Source: Azolla caroliniana (Eukaryota > Plantae > Polypodiophyta). Taken from it: DNA of 64,000 nucleotides. The notes beneath the pieces are model-generated. The model ran no database searches. It saw only the letters and a program-made list of their open reading frames with translations, and was not told the DNA's origin. Below are positions 62,766 to 64,000 of this stretch, piece by piece. The stretch lies in contig JBHGNT010000007.1 in NCBI GenBank assembly GCA_043228905.1, positions 11,222,001 through 11,286,000 on the forward strand, given 5' to 3'. The position numbers and the translations under genes were made by a program. The first letter of the stretch is position 1. Each line of letters starts with the position of its first letter.

Positions 62766-64000
62766 TGTAAAAGAGTAGCGTGTGGAAGCAGTAGAAAACC
62801 GAAAACAGAAACGCGGGTTTAATGGAGAGCTTAGAATATACACAGTACGTGGGAGAGTCAGAGAGAGAAAGAGCACACAGAAACTCAATTCAAAATATTA
62901 CTCAATCTGTACATCGTATGTGTTCAGTGAACACTTTTATACAAGTCCATACGGACTGACAGAAGTACGGTGTACTTCAATGCTCACACGAGCGTCTGAC
63001 ACTAACTACGAGACATTAACTACCTAGTAGCCTAGGCTGTTATTAAGCTTCCGGTTACTGCTTGATCCGGCTAACCGGCTCCCCAGCTCACCAGCTCACT
63101 TGCTCATTGGCTCACCGATCCGGCTCATCCTTCCGGATGCCGATCCAACTCAGGCTTATTCAGCCGATCCGGATCTGGTTGAGCTTGCCACTCAACACTC
63201 CCCCTCAAGCTCAACTTGACGTCGGATCGTAGCAGTCGGTCCTTCCACCTAGCTACTTCTGGCGTCACTCTGCCTCGCTCGCGCTCCTCGTCCGGTCCGG
63301 TTCCGTTTGCCGCGACCCATCTATTTCTGTGCACCTTGACCTCCTCGGTCGGCTTGTTTGTTCAACAGGCCCAATTCAGCTCCCTCGCTGCTGTGACTTC
63401 GGTGCTTGCCGATTCACCGATTCCTTCGTGTTGGCGTCGACTTTCGCTGCCTTCTCGTCATCTTGGCCTTGAATTGATCCGGTTCTTCCGAATCCGTCTG
63501 TTGAACCGAATCGGTTGTCTCCGATTCGTTCCAGGTCTTGTCTGAATCGATCGCTCCCAATTCGTTTTCCAGTTCCAGGCCCTTCACCACATCGGACCAT
63601 GTCCGGGTCTTGGCGGCTCTGTCCTTCTTGACTCTGTCGTCGCTGCCGCTGGTTCCGACTTGTTCGGATGTGTCAACTTCCTTTGTCGACTCGGTTCCTT
63701 TCTTCTTCTTGTCTCTCCCTCTGTCGGTTCTTCCCTTACCGGTGCCATCGACAGTCTCTTTGCCTTTGCCCGTTCCGGTGTCTTTGCCAGTTCTCCCCCT
63801 CAAGTGTGACACGTTGAGATGCTGAACACCAAGCATTTCGGTGAAGTGTTGCAACTTGTCCGATCCGAGCGGTTTTCTGAAGATGTCGGCAGCTTGCCGA
63901 TCCGTATGAACATACCGAAGTTCGACTTCACCACTTAGGACACGCTCATGCACGAAGTGGTAGTGCACTTCTATGTGCTTTGTGCGAGCATGGAATACGG
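62766..64000 (-). mobile_element. 3' end of a third copia A-family element (LTR, PPT, RNase H end)
   Basis: LTR 62766-63197, similar to 35048-35457. PPT ctccccctc. ORF 63414-63968 reads HYHFVHERVLSGEV..ADIF.KPLG. Confidence 0.88.

Overview
Eukaryotic land-plant nuclear DNA, probably a non-seed plant such as a fern; this is inferred from the retroelement lineages and the heavy C>T decay. Two intact spliced host genes converge in the middle of the window: an IST1-like ESCRT-III regulator (+, 15185-21815, 7 exons, ~1568 aa) and a sphingolipid fatty-acid 2-hydroxylase, FAH1-like (-, 27547-25291, 6 coding exons, 231 aa). Both flanks are nests of Ty1/copia and Ty3/gypsy LTR retrotransposons, several with clear LTRs, PBS, PPT and TSDs. 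The standout is a ~7.4 kb segment (~50940-58300) inside the right-hand nest that holds two divergently transcribed genes. One is a Sola1-like (DUF7869-type) DDD transposase with a possible C-terminal chromatin-reader domain. The other is a spliceosomal-intron-containing gene for a ParB/Srx-like domain fused to a prokaryotic beta-class N4C/N6A DNA methyltransferase, with three ~26-bp palindromes in its first intron. This copy carries disabling mutations. All calls come from reading the sequence and recognising motifs; no database searches were run.
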